Assembly (NCBI GenBank): GCA_965218625.1
Contig: CBDCLG010000014.1
Coordinates: forward strand, 30,188-94,187
Origin: Caldilineaceae bacterium
GTDB lineage: Bacteria; Chloroflexota; Anaerolineae; Caldilineales; Caldilineaceae
Direction: 5' to 3'
DNA length: 64,000 nucleotides
Shown: piece after piece, positions 36,269-45,780 of the stretch
Layout: each line of letters begins with the position of its first letter
Position numbering within the stretch: position 1 is the first letter of the stretch
Program-made: the position numbers and the translations under genes
The notes under the pieces: model-generated
Databases searched by the model: none
What the model was told of the DNA's origin: nothing
Seen by the model: only the letters and a program-made list of their open reading frames with translations

Positions 36269-36542
36269 GACTCTTCTCTCCTTTGGATGCGTGCGAATGC
36301 CGCACGCCTGGACGCTCGCCGCCAAGGCGAGCAGTACCCATCGACACACCGGAGTCGCAACGCGTTCGTTTATGCTTTGAAAGGCATCACCCCCTTATGC
36401 GGAAGATGCCAGGTCTGACCTGGACCATCTCTTCTGATGCAGCGGGGCCGTTCGAGCCGGTCCCGGTCTATTGAATCCGGCCGGCAGACAGTTGACGGGC
36501 GCAAACACGGTGGTTACACCGCGATGGTTGCACCGCGGTCGT

Positions 36543-37352
36543 CTACTCAAATCTATACCCTGTGTCACGCTCTGCGTCGGCGATGATATCGTACATTTTG
36601 GCGATTTTCCGTCTGCGCCGCGGTCCGGCCGTGGCCAGCAGGCGTTCGCTGAAGACCATCTTGTTGAGAATGTCCCGCCTGTAGTAGCGATAACCGCCCA
36701 GGAAGGTTTCCTCCCAGCCGGGCTGCGGATGGGCGGCCCAGTCGAGGGCAAAGATGCGGCAGCCCTCGCCCGCTGCCCCCCACGACGATTTCCAGAGCCG
36801 CTGGTCGACTGCGATGACGTCACCCGGGGTTGAAGCGATATCCACCCTGCCGGGGAGGTCGGGCGAGTTGATGTCGAGGACGCCGTCTCTTACCGCCTGG
36901 TTGAGGTCACGGCTGTACTCGGGCGTGTGGCTGGTGGCGACAATGCTCAGACAGCCCTCGCTTGCAGCGACCGGATCGCAGTAGAAGACCGTCTTCAATG
37001 TGCTGAATGTGTGCAGAATTCCGTCGACGTCGGTATGCCAGGAACTGTTTCCCGCGACCAGGCCGCCGCCGTTGCCGATGTAGAGGCTATCGGCGCCCAG
37101 CAGGCCATCCACGACGTCGAGCAGGCGGTCATCGTCGAGCAGCGGATAGAAGACGTCGGGGTCCTGCTCGATGAACGATTCCAGATACTGGCCGCCGGTT
37201 CGATTGGCGCCGGCGCGGCTCTGCAGATGGCCGACGACGCGCATGAGCGCGCGGGCGTACCGTTCAACCTCGTCCGGTGTGAACAGTTGAGGGAAAACGG
37301 CGTACCCGAATGTCTGGAAAAAGAGTCGCTCTTCAGCAAACGGTGATGTCAT
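36543..37352 (-). CDS. PhyH-family Fe(II)/2-oxoglutarate dioxygenase paralogue 1 (distal His not conserved)
   Basis: MTSPFAEERLFFQTFGYAVFPQLF... and WHTDVDG (HxD). The distal motif reads DQRLWKSSWG where paralogue 2 has DHRLWHSSWG. ATG at 37352. Confidence 0.7.
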   Translation of the reverse strand: MTSPFAEERLFFQTFGYAVFPQLFTPDEVERYARALMRVVGHLQSRAGANRTGGQYLESFIEQDPDVFYPLLDDDRLLDVVDGLLGADSLYIGNGGGLVAGNSSWHTDVDGILHTFSTLKTVFYCDPVAASEGCLSIVATSHTPEYSRDLNQAVRDGVLDINSPDLPGRVDIASTPGDVIAVDQRLWKSSWGAAGEGCRIFALDWAAHPQPGWEETFLGGYRYYRRDILNKMVFSERLLATAGPRRRRKIAKMYDIIADAERDTGYRFE

Positions 37353-37360
37353 CTGCCCGT

Positions 37361-38161
37361 TCACGACCGGTCCTTCTCCTGAATCCTGGCGGCCAGTTTG
37401 GCGATCTTCTGTCTGCGGCGCGGTCCTGCCGTCTCCAGCAGATGCTGGCTGTAGCCGGTGCTGTAGGGCACCACGCGCTCTTCCCATGCCTGCCTGGGAC
37501 AGGAGGCCCAGTTGAAGGTGAACATGCGCCGGCCGACCTTGCCGCCCCATGACGAGTGCCACAGGCGGTGGTCGAAGGCCATCACGTCGCCCGGCATCGA
37601 TGGCAACGGCGTGCCGCCGGGCACATCGGGCGAGTTGATGTCGAAGACGCCGGTCTGAGTGGCCTTGTAGAGCTGGCGGCAGACTTCGGGATGGTGGCTT
37701 CCGGGGATGACACTCAGGCAGCCATGGCCGGCGGGGACCGGATCGCAGTAGAAGGCGGTCTTCATCGTGGGGAGAGCGTGCACGTTGGGCGAAACGCCGT
37801 TGACGTCGGTATGCCACGGCGTAGAACCGACGTACAAATTGCCGTCGTTTCCGCCGGTAAAGAGGCTGTCTTCGCCCAGCAGGCCGTCGACGATGCCCAG
37901 CAGACGTTCATCATCGAGCAGCGGGAAGAAGAGATCGGGGTCGTGCTCGATAAATGGACTCACAACATCGCGTTTTTTGCCATCGAAATCGGCGCCGCCC
38001 CGATTGCGGCGCAGCAGGCGCACAAGCCCCTGGCCGTAGCGCTCAATTTCGTCGGGGGCGAAGAGCTGGGGGAAGGCGACAAAGCCGAAGGTGCGAAACT
38101 GGAGCCGCTGCGCGTCTGTCACGACAGGGCATTGCGTGTTACCGACCTGGTTCATCGTCAT
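37361..38161 (-). CDS. PhyH-family dioxygenase paralogue 2
   Basis: FRTFGFVAFPQLF, WHTDVNG (HxD), FDHRLWHSSWGGKVGRRMF (distal His and Arg). Start taken at MTMNQVG (38161). Confidence 0.75.
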   Translation of the reverse strand: MTMNQVGNTQCPVVTDAQRLQFRTFGFVAFPQLFAPDEIERYGQGLVRLLRRNRGGADFDGKKRDVVSPFIEHDPDLFFPLLDDERLLGIVDGLLGEDSLFTGGNDGNLYVGSTPWHTDVNGVSPNVHALPTMKTAFYCDPVPAGHGCLSVIPGSHHPEVCRQLYKATQTGVFDINSPDVPGGTPLPSMPGDVMAFDHRLWHSSWGGKVGRRMFTFNWASCPRQAWEERVVPYSTGYSQHLLETAGPRRRQKIAKLAARIQEKDRS

Positions 38162-38563
38162 GATTGGCACCCTTTTGCACTCTGATGCGCCCTGATGCGC
38201 CTGCTTGTCCCCTTCAGGCTCCCTCTGAAATGTCATTATATCAGCGCGGCAATCTCATCGTCAATTGACTTTAATTCGTCATTTATTGGCAATTTCGCGC
38301 TGTGCGGCCGGACAGAGTGCAAGGTGTAACGGATGCGATCGTCAACAGATCGGGCCCGGCGGTTTTCATTGCGGCGGAAGCGGGTCGTATCGCCGGCGGG
38401 GCCGAGAGGAGGGTAGTCGTTGGGCGCAAAGGAGGGCGCCGGGAAGCGAATGGCCGTTGCGCGTGCCGCTATTGCAGGGGCGTTTGCGGTCTTTTGCCTG
38501 CTGTCAGAGCAGGGGTGTCCTCAAGAAGGGGAGGAGGCAGCGCTCAGAGGCTACGCTCATATG

Positions 38564-39329
38564 TCAATCTTCGACCACATGCCTGCTCATCTTCCGGACC
38601 TGGGGCGGCATCCGGTCGCGCACGCTGCGTTTCATCAGGCGCCAATGTCCGGCGGCCGGGTCCATCCAGTGCGCGTGATAGGGGACCGACAGGCCGACGC
38701 GCTGCTGGTCGTGCGTAAGGTTGGCCCCGCCGCGGTGCCAGATACTGCCATGAAAGATGACTACGGATCCTGCCGGCCCCTCGGCCGAGACGCGATGTTC
38801 GTAGTCGACGTCGGGTCGAGGCGCCCGGCGCGAGTGGTGGCTGAAGGGGATGAGCTGGGTGCCGCCATTCTCACGGCTGAAGTCGGTCAGCATCCAGAGG
38901 CTGTTGGTGATGAAGCAGGCGTCGGGCACGGGCAGGCCGGATTGGGGAAACCAACCGACGGGCACATCGGCGTGGAAGCTCGGCGCCGGCGCGCCCGGTT
39001 TGATCCAGAGTCCGCCCACCTCGGCCAGCTGAAAGTCTGGGCCCAAGCAGGTGACGCGCCAGCTCGAGATAGACCGGGTTGGTGACGAGCGGCACGAATA
39101 TATCCTGATCGTCGTTGTTCAATACGTTGCGCAGGTTCTGGACCAGTTCGTCTGCATTCGCCTGCCGGCGCATGATCTCCATCAGTCGTTTTGCCATGCG
39201 GCCCGCTTCAGCAGGAGAGATCAGGTTGTGAATGATGACGAAGCCATACTCATCCAGCTCCCTCTTCAGCTCCTCGATGTTCACAGGGGCCTCCTTGTGC
39301 GGTTCGCGTCTCACGCGCCAGGTTGACAC
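38564..39329 (-). pseudogene. PhyH-family dioxygenase paralogue 3, frame-broken near 39035-39045
   Basis: The N-terminal part is in ORF 38871..39329 (...LARHLLGP). The remainder is in ORF 38564..39046 (LGPDFQLAEVGGLWIKPGAPAPSFHADVP...IFHGSIWHRGGAN). The two frames share CTTGGGCCC, so this is a 1-nt indel in a GGG/CCC run. Confidence 0.65.
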
Positions 39330-39386
39330 CGGGCCGATTGCGGTAATGCTGCCGTACGCTGTTTCAGCGCAGCGCAGGACCCGGAT

Positions 39387-40187
39387 CTAGGCCGGCTCGG
39401 CAGCATCATCGGGAATGTGCTCCCACAGCTGTTCCAGATGACGTTTGCGACTGGGCGCGGCCGTGCCGAGGAGCGGACCGCCTTGTTCGCCGAACACATC
39501 GCGTTTCGAGTAGCCATGGTTGCGAACGACTTTGAGGAAATGTTGAATCGAGTCACCCGTGTGCCGTTCGGTGAAGACCATGGTGAACATGCGGCGCCGG
39601 TCACTGCCGCCCCAGGCGCTGTGCTTGGTCGCGTGGTTAAAAACGGCCACGTCGCCGGGTTGCGTCTCCAGCGCCAGCGCCGGCACATCGCTGCCATGGA
39701 TGCCGCCCCAGGGGCTATCGCCGGTCAACTCGCGATGGATGACTTCGGCATAGGGCTCGCCGGCGCGGTGGCTGCCGGGAATGACGCGCAGCGCGCCGCC
39801 GTCGCGCGTCATCGGGTCAAGGTAGATGGCAAGCTTGTAGAAGGGAATCGGCGGCGGCCATGCGGTATCGGAATGCCAGCGTGTGTCGCCCGAATAGTAG
39901 TTGGCGTCGCTGTTCCAGTACTGATAGTCGTCTCCCAGAAGGCTGGTTGCGATTCCGGCGATGCGGTCGTCGTCCAGCAGCGTACAGAGGTAGGCGTTGT
40001 GGTTGAGTCCCGGAACGACGCAGAACCTGCTTGAGCCGTCGTGTTCGGCGCCGCCGCGGCTGGTCATCAGCTCCTCGAAGGCTGCGGTGACGCGGTCGAT
40101 GCGGTCGTCGAGCAGACCGGGCAGGTGCAGGTAGCCGAATGTGTCCATAAAGGCGAGTTGGTGTTGGCTAAGTTTGATAGCGGGCAT
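39387..40187 (-). CDS. PhyH-family dioxygenase paralogue 4
   Basis: MPAIKLSQHQLAFMDTFGYLHLPGLL, WHSDTAW (HxD), FNHATKHSAWGGSDRRRMF. The ATG at 40187 was verified in frame with the track ORF. Confidence 0.75.
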   Translation of the reverse strand: MPAIKLSQHQLAFMDTFGYLHLPGLLDDRIDRVTAAFEELMTSRGGAEHDGSSRFCVVPGLNHNAYLCTLLDDDRIAGIATSLLGDDYQYWNSDANYYSGDTRWHSDTAWPPPIPFYKLAIYLDPMTRDGGALRVIPGSHRAGEPYAEVIHRELTGDSPWGGIHGSDVPALALETQPGDVAVFNHATKHSAWGGSDRRRMFTMVFTERHTGDSIQHFLKVVRNHGYSKRDVFGEQGGPLLGTAAPSRKRHLEQLWEHIPDDAAEPA

Positions 40188-40212
40188 GATGGCGACTCCT
40201 GTGCGTTTTTGG

Positions 40213-41415
40213 TCAGCCCCAGCTGGCGATAAACTCTTCGACGTCAAGATCGGCCGGCATTGCGTAATAGAGGTAGCGTGAGCGTCGTTGCGGCCGTCCG
40301 GGGACCTCCTGCAGTGTATCCGCCTGGAGCCTGTCGTCCAACGCCGCAAACCGTTGCCAGAGCGCGCCGGCCTCTGATGCAGTGAAACGACGCGCCAGGT
40401 CATCGTAGAAGCAGCACATCGGCACATTGGCCGGGATGGCGCGTGCGCGCGCTTCCAGGGGCAGACCGGCCACGTCGGGTCGGTGCAGGGTGCGGATATT
40501 CCTGGCCAGCTTGGAGAGCAGGATCACACAGACGATGCGGCCCTTTGCGCCGGGATGCAGCTCGGCCAGCCTGGCGCGAAAGGCGGCCGCGTCGCGGTCC
40601 AGCACTGTGCGGAGCGTCGCTTCCACCAGGCTTCGCTCCTGCGCCAGCTGTTCGGCCCAGCCTTCGAACGTCTGCCGGGCGGCCGGCGAAAGGTACTGGC
40701 AGAAGCCCATTTCGCGGTCGAGGTCCCAGTTGCAGCTCTGCGGATTGTAGGGATAGAGCGGGCCGCCGATCGAGCGGAAGCCGCCGTGAATCGTGCGCCG
40801 CAGCCTGGCGCCGTAGTTGCTGCCCCAGTGGTGGTTCAGATTGATATAGACGACGCCGTCGCCGGCGTTGAGCTCGACCGGGATGCCGCCCGGCAGTGGC
40901 TTGCGCGGGTCGGCGTGCAGCTGGCGGTCTTCTTCTTCGGTGTTGGGCCGGCGAAAGCTGCCGGGCACCAGCCACAGCACGTTGTCGTCATAGAGGGGGA
41001 TGTTCCATTGCACATAGGCGGGGCCGTTCTCAAGCAGGTCCATCTGCAGACCTTGCAGGGGCGCCATGTTGGGCGAATCGAAATCGCGGTGCCACTCGGC
41101 GGGCCCGTGGTCGCGGGTCGGACTGCACATCACCCACATCTCCGTGACGGCCGCTTCCGGCCCGCGCATCAGCTGTCTGCTGACATCCAGCGTGTTTTCG
41201 TGCAGCCAGAATTCGATCGTATTGGCGGTGGCGGCGTCAACGGTATGGTTGGCCGTCAAGCGCGGCTGCCTTCCGCCCGACAGCCAAGCTTGCCCTCCCT
41301 GGCGTTCTATGAGGGCGTCGTAGCCGGCACGCAGGTCAGGCAGCAGCTCCGGCGGGATCACTTCGCGCAGGACGATGTAGCCGTCATCCATCAGCTGTTG
41401 CGGATCGACTTTCAT
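40213..41415 (-). CDS. PhyH-like dioxygenase paralogue 5 with ~150-aa C-terminal extension
   Basis: DDGYIVLREVIP, WHRDFD (HxD), INLNHHWGSNYGARLRRTIH. 400 aa. Confidence 0.7.
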   Translation of the reverse strand: MKVDPQQLMDDGYIVLREVIPPELLPDLRAGYDALIERQGGQAWLSGGRQPRLTANHTVDAATANTIEFWLHENTLDVSRQLMRGPEAAVTEMWVMCSPTRDHGPAEWHRDFDSPNMAPLQGLQMDLLENGPAYVQWNIPLYDDNVLWLVPGSFRRPNTEEEDRQLHADPRKPLPGGIPVELNAGDGVVYINLNHHWGSNYGARLRRTIHGGFRSIGGPLYPYNPQSCNWDLDREMGFCQYLSPAARQTFEGWAEQLAQERSLVEATLRTVLDRDAAAFRARLAELHPGAKGRIVCVILLSKLARNIRTLHRPDVAGLPLEARARAIPANVPMCCFYDDLARRFTASEAGALWQRFAALDDRLQADTLQEVPGRPQRRSRYLYYAMPADLDVEEFIASWG

Positions 41416-41589
41416 GGGCAGTTTCTCCTTTGCGTCGCCCTGGCAGCGGGCCGGTGTACAGGTGATGACCGGGCGCCTGGCCGTTCATCGCGCCGGGCGC
41501 GGCGCGCGATCCGGGGGCGCATCTGTCTCTCTGTCACAGGAGCAACCGGATCGCGAGTCCGGCGCTGACAGGGTGAATGTGAACGCGGT

Positions 41590-41841
41590 TCAAACTGTGT
41601 CCCCGCTCCTTTCACGCGCAAAAGAGCCGAGCAGCGTTTGCACGCGCGCCAGGTAATTCCCGGTCTGCGCGTGATCCAGGATCCAGGCATCGTTACGCAC
41701 TTCGTAGGGGACATTTCTGACCCTGGACGGCGTCCAGCGGTCGGTGATTTCGGAGATGGGCACGAGGAAAGCAATCTGCCACAGTTCGTCATCGGGGGCG
41801 GCCGGTTTTGCTCCTTCCTGCCACTGCCTTGCCAGCGTCAT
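41590..41841 (-). other. Coding-like frame continuing past the GH127-like stop: probable displaced C-terminus (frame break), or a small overlapping ORF
   Basis: Frame of ORF 41590..41961. High GC3 and protein-like sequence (DELWQIAFLVPISEITDRWTPSRVRNVPYEVRNDAWILDHAQ...) fill what would otherwise be 200 bp of intergenic DNA. The GH127-like ORF is ~60-100 aa shorter than typical. Confidence 0.4.
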
Positions 41842-43429
41842 AAAACAGACACCGGGAACCGAGAGTTCTTTCCGTCCCGGAATCTGAAACCTGGGCTTTG
41901 GGAAGGAACAGCTCTCCATTCTCCCGCTGAGGAACGACCAGTTCGGCCCTGTGCCACTCATACATCTGATGGATGGTAAGCGCAGGGTCGAGCATCAGCA
42001 CGAGCGGACCGTAGAGGAGCGCGGCGAGCTCCACCTTGCCGGCAGCGGCGGGCGCATGTGTCATGGCCGGCGCGGAGAAGCCGTTCTGATCGGCGGGCAC
42101 GAGTCGGAGATAGGGGTCGAAACCGATTTCCACCACATCCCCGGGCTGCCAGCGGCGTTGGATCGATGCGTAGCCCTGCGCCGGTGTGACGGCATGGGGT
42201 TGACCATTGAGGGTCATTTGGAAGGAGCGCGTCCAGTGGGGAACTCTTATGCTCAGGCCAAAGGAACGCTCGTCTTTCGGCTGGAGCTCCAGGCGCGAGG
42301 CAGGCTCTGAAGGGTATGTCGTAATCTGACGCAGGCGGACCTCTCCATCTTTGAGGGGGACCACAGCGTCGGAAGGCGTAAAGAGGTTGACGTCTATGCC
42401 GTTATCGTCGTGTGTGTAGATGAACTTGACGGCTTCCAAGAGCGTTCGGGGGCCGTGCATGGAGCAGCACCACCAGGCTACGTCATCACGCGACAGGTCT
42501 GTTGGATCGGCGCGAATCGAGCGGTAGGTGCAGAATCCTCCGCTGTGCTCTTGGTCGAAGTAGAGGTGATTGAGCAGCGTATGCTCGGCCACATCCATAT
42601 ATTTGGGCTCTCGCGTTGCCTGCCACAGACTCAACGAGAGGCGGAACCAATCGGCGATCGAACAGGTCTCATCCCTGGTCTCAAATGGATAGGTAGAGCC
42701 TTCGCTGATACCGCCCGAGACCCACATATTGCGCTGCAGGACCCGGTCCCAGACATTCTGGGCGTGCTCAAGGAATTCCGGTTTCGCGGTGGCCGCGAAC
42801 AGGTCGACAAACCCGCGCATTGCCAGGAGATATGAATGCGTGTGATAGCTGTGCTCCTCGCCGCCGGGGTCGCCGAACTCCGGGTCGACGTCGACCCGTT
42901 GCGGGAGCTCTTCGGCGAACTTGAGGTAATCCCGGTTGCCGGTGGCCTTCGAAAGCGCAACCAGGCCCTCCAAAGGGGTCAACATCCAGTTCCAGGTCGT
43001 GTCCTGGGGCAGGTTGGCGCGATAGAAGTCGCCCAGTCTTTTGGCCGAATCAAGGGTTTCAGGCTCCTGGGTGGCTTCCCAATAGGCCAGCAGGCCCAGC
43101 AGGGCGCGGCTGCCGCCAAACCATGTGCCGGAAGCGAGCCGCGTGCTGAAAAAGCTGTCCGGCTGCTGGGAAAGCAAAAGCAGCCGGGCCGTCTCTTCGA
43201 GAATTGGCATGTGATCTTTCCCGTACATCGTCGCTGCCGCAACGGTATCGACCCAGCGGCCCAGGCCGTCAACGCCCCAGGTCTGGGTATGGCCTTCGCC
43301 GCTCAGGATTCGATCCCTCACGGCCAGGAGATGACTGAGGCTCAGTTCGATACGCGCGTCCAGCTGTCCGGAGACGTTTACCGAACGAAGGTCGACGGGA
43401 AATGGATGCCGATCAGTCCTGGCCGTCAC
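41789..43429 (-). CDS. DUF1680 / GH127-like glycoside hydrolase (beta-L-arabinofuranosidase family), C-terminus possibly frame-shifted
   Basis: 546 aa. Contains ...HTHSYLLAMRGFVDLF..., ...ETCSIADWFRLSLSLWQATREPKYMDVAEHTLLNHLY..., ...GGFCTY, as recalled for DUF1680. Confidence 0.7.
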   Translation of the reverse strand: MTARTDRHPFPVDLRSVNVSGQLDARIELSLSHLLAVRDRILSGEGHTQTWGVDGLGRWVDTVAAATMYGKDHMPILEETARLLLLSQQPDSFFSTRLASGTWFGGSRALLGLLAYWEATQEPETLDSAKRLGDFYRANLPQDTTWNWMLTPLEGLVALSKATGNRDYLKFAEELPQRVDVDPEFGDPGGEEHSYHTHSYLLAMRGFVDLFAATAKPEFLEHAQNVWDRVLQRNMWVSGGISEGSTYPFETRDETCSIADWFRLSLSLWQATREPKYMDVAEHTLLNHLYFDQEHSGGFCTYRSIRADPTDLSRDDVAWWCCSMHGPRTLLEAVKFIYTHDDNGIDVNLFTPSDAVVPLKDGEVRLRQITTYPSEPASRLELQPKDERSFGLSIRVPHWTRSFQMTLNGQPHAVTPAQGYASIQRRWQPGDVVEIGFDPYLRLVPADQNGFSAPAMTHAPAAAGKVELAALLYGPLVLMLDPALTIHQMYEWHRAELVVPQRENGELFLPKAQVSDSGTERTLGSRCLFYDAGKAVAGRSKTGRPR

Positions 43430-43896
43430 TGTGCCCTCCTTTGGATGTCGCGGAGATCCGGCGCCGCTCGTTGCTGCCGGGAACAGCTGCTGGCGATGGG
43501 GTAGATGGACTGCCGGAATTCAGACATGGCATAGACGGCAAACCTGAAGTGCGGCGCCTGAAGGGGTGGTCCACCTGCCGTCCTCGACTGGAATCGAAGT
43601 GGCGAAAAACGACTCACAGAGAGGGGTGAGACTGACGGATCGATGCAATTATATCATCTTTGATTGTTGATTGATAGCTGTGCGCTTTGACCGGGTCGCG
43701 GGCGGTCGCCGGTCGTGCGCGCTGACCCGGCGGGGTCTGGGGAGATGTTGAAGGTGAGCAGCGTGGCTTTGGAGAAGGAGGGGGATGCCGCCGTTCCACC
43801 CTGAAGTGGACTCGACCCGGGTTGCTAGACTTGGCGTTGACAGAATGGGAAAGGAAGGCCTTGGGTTGACTTCCTACACGCCTGCCATGTAATATC

Positions 43897-44949
43897 ATGC
43901 TCGTATCCCCTTCCCCACGACTGTACATGTACCAGGAAGGCGCTACCTGGCCGATGAACCCTATGCGTGAACACTTGATCCGATCCGGCGCTCCCGCCAA
44001 TGCTGGCCGCGATCTGGAAGATCTTGTTCCGGATCATCTCATGTCGTTGGCCCGCAGCGACGAAAAGAGATCGATTCCGGCGATAGCCAGGGACTCGGAA
44101 GCCACAGCCGGAATCGGGCGGCTGCTGAAAGAGATGCCGACCGCCCACCGGCTCCTTCTGGGCGATTCCAGACAGGCCGTAGCCGAGCTGCCGGATGCGT
44201 CTGTCCACCTTGCAATCACGTCTCCCCCGTACTGGACGTTGAAGGAGTATGAGGAACATCCGGACCAGTTGGGACACGTTGAAGACTACGACTCGTTCCT
44301 GGACGCCATAGATACCGTCTGGAAAGGGGTACACAGAGCCCTTGCGCCGGGGGGTCGCCTGGTGATCGTGGTTGGCGATGTCTGCCTGTCTCGGCGCAAG
44401 TTCGGACGTCATGTTGTTGTCCCGCTGCACGCCAGCATCCAGGAGCGTTGCCGCGCGCTGGGATATGACAATCTGGCGCCAATCATCTGGCACAAGATCG
44501 CCAATGCCACTTTGGAAGCAGCCAATGGTTCCAGTTTTCTCGGAAAACCCTACGAGCCAAACGCCGTGATCAAGAATGACATCGAGTTCATACTCTTCCA
44601 GCGAAAGCCAGGCGGCTATCGCAAGCCAACGCTGGCCGCGAGGGTGATGTCGGTCATCCCGGAAAACCTGCACCGCCAGTACTTCCAGCAGATTTGGACA
44701 CTGGGAGGCGCATCGACCAGGAGACATCCAGCACCTTTCCCGCGTAAGCTCGCCGAAAGAGTGATACGAATGTTCTCGTTTGTGGGCGATACAGTTCTGG
44801 ACCCGTTTATGGGGACCGGCACCAGCTGTGTCGCCGCAGCCATGCTGGGACGGAACAGCATCGGGATCGAAGTGGAACCATCCTACTTCGACATAGCCGT
44901 CTCTGCATTTGATGAGGTACAGCGTTCACAGATGCATCTGGGTGTATGA
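43897..44949 (+). CDS. DNA methyltransferase, N4/N6 (PF01555-like, beta-class order: SPPY before FxGxG)
   Basis: HLAITSPPYW (motif IV), then ...VLDPFMGTGTSCVAAAMLGRNSIGIE (motif I). Lower GC than its surroundings. The exact start is uncertain. Confidence 0.85.
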   Translation: MLVSPSPRLYMYQEGATWPMNPMREHLIRSGAPANAGRDLEDLVPDHLMSLARSDEKRSIPAIARDSEATAGIGRLLKEMPTAHRLLLGDSRQAVAELPDASVHLAITSPPYWTLKEYEEHPDQLGHVEDYDSFLDAIDTVWKGVHRALAPGGRLVIVVGDVCLSRRKFGRHVVVPLHASIQERCRALGYDNLAPIIWHKIANATLEAANGSSFLGKPYEPNAVIKNDIEFILFQRKPGGYRKPTLAARVMSVIPENLHRQYFQQIWTLGGASTRRHPAPFPRKLAERVIRMFSFVGDTVLDPFMGTGTSCVAAAMLGRNSIGIEVEPSYFDIAVSAFDEVQRSQMHLGV

Positions 44950-45780
44950 CGGAGGGAATTGTGTCGTCAGCGCCAGGCGGCTTCAGGATCCCGCCAGCCG
45001 TCTTTGCCGACGCGATCCGCTATTTCTGGAGGCAGAGGGATAGGCAGGCCGCCACAGCCCGCGGGGGCGAAGGACAGGGGCGAAACGTCCGGCGGAGGAA
45101 TGCATCTGGACGAAATGCAGGCTTCGATAGTCACTCTGATGATCAACCATGGCGTGCCTCGCCGAGAGATTTTTTCAAACTGTGCATTGCACAAGACGGG
45201 GAAATTGGAGCTGCCCGGCTTTTACCGCCCTGCCAAACAGTGGGACCTGCTGGTCGTGCGCGATGGGCGCCTGCTGGCAGCGATGGAACTCAAGGCCCAG
45301 GTCGGCCCCTCCTTTGGAAACAATTTCAACAACAGAACCGAAGAGGCGATTGGCAGCGCTACAGATTTCTGGACCGCCTACCGCGAAAACGTCTTTCGCC
45401 ACTCACCGCAGCCATGGCTTGGCTATCTGTTTCTCCTGGAGGACGATGCGAAGTCGAAGGTCTCTGTGCGTAATGCGCAACCGCACTTCGATGTTCTGCC
45501 AGAATTCGATGGCGCCTCGTATGCCAAACGATATGAGCTGTTCTGCAGGAAGCTGGTCCTCGAGAGAAAGTACAGTTCGGCCTGCTTTCTGATGGCAAAA
45601 CGCCCTCAACCCGAGGCGGCTTCAGAGGACACAAACCCCCCCGGGTCGCGTAACGACCGTCCAGTTGCCGCGCCGCCCGGTGTTGGCAACGGGGAAGGCA
45701 CGGTCTACGGCGAACCCTCCGACGACTTGAATGCCCGCCAATTTCTCAGCCACCTGTTGAGAGCGGTTGTTCCCGTGTAG
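44946..45780 (+). pseudogene. XhoI/PaeR7I-family type II restriction endonuclease, frame-broken at a G5 run (45063-45067)
   Basis: ATG at 44946 overlaps the methylase stop (ATGA). The N-terminus MTEGIV...AIRYFWRQRDRQAATARG is in one frame. The rest (GAKDRGETSGGGMHLDEM...ELKAQVGPSFGNNFNNRTEEAIGSATDFWTAYRE) is in the +1 frame. GPSFGNNFNNR.EEA.G is the XhoI-family signature as I recall it. Confidence 0.6.
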
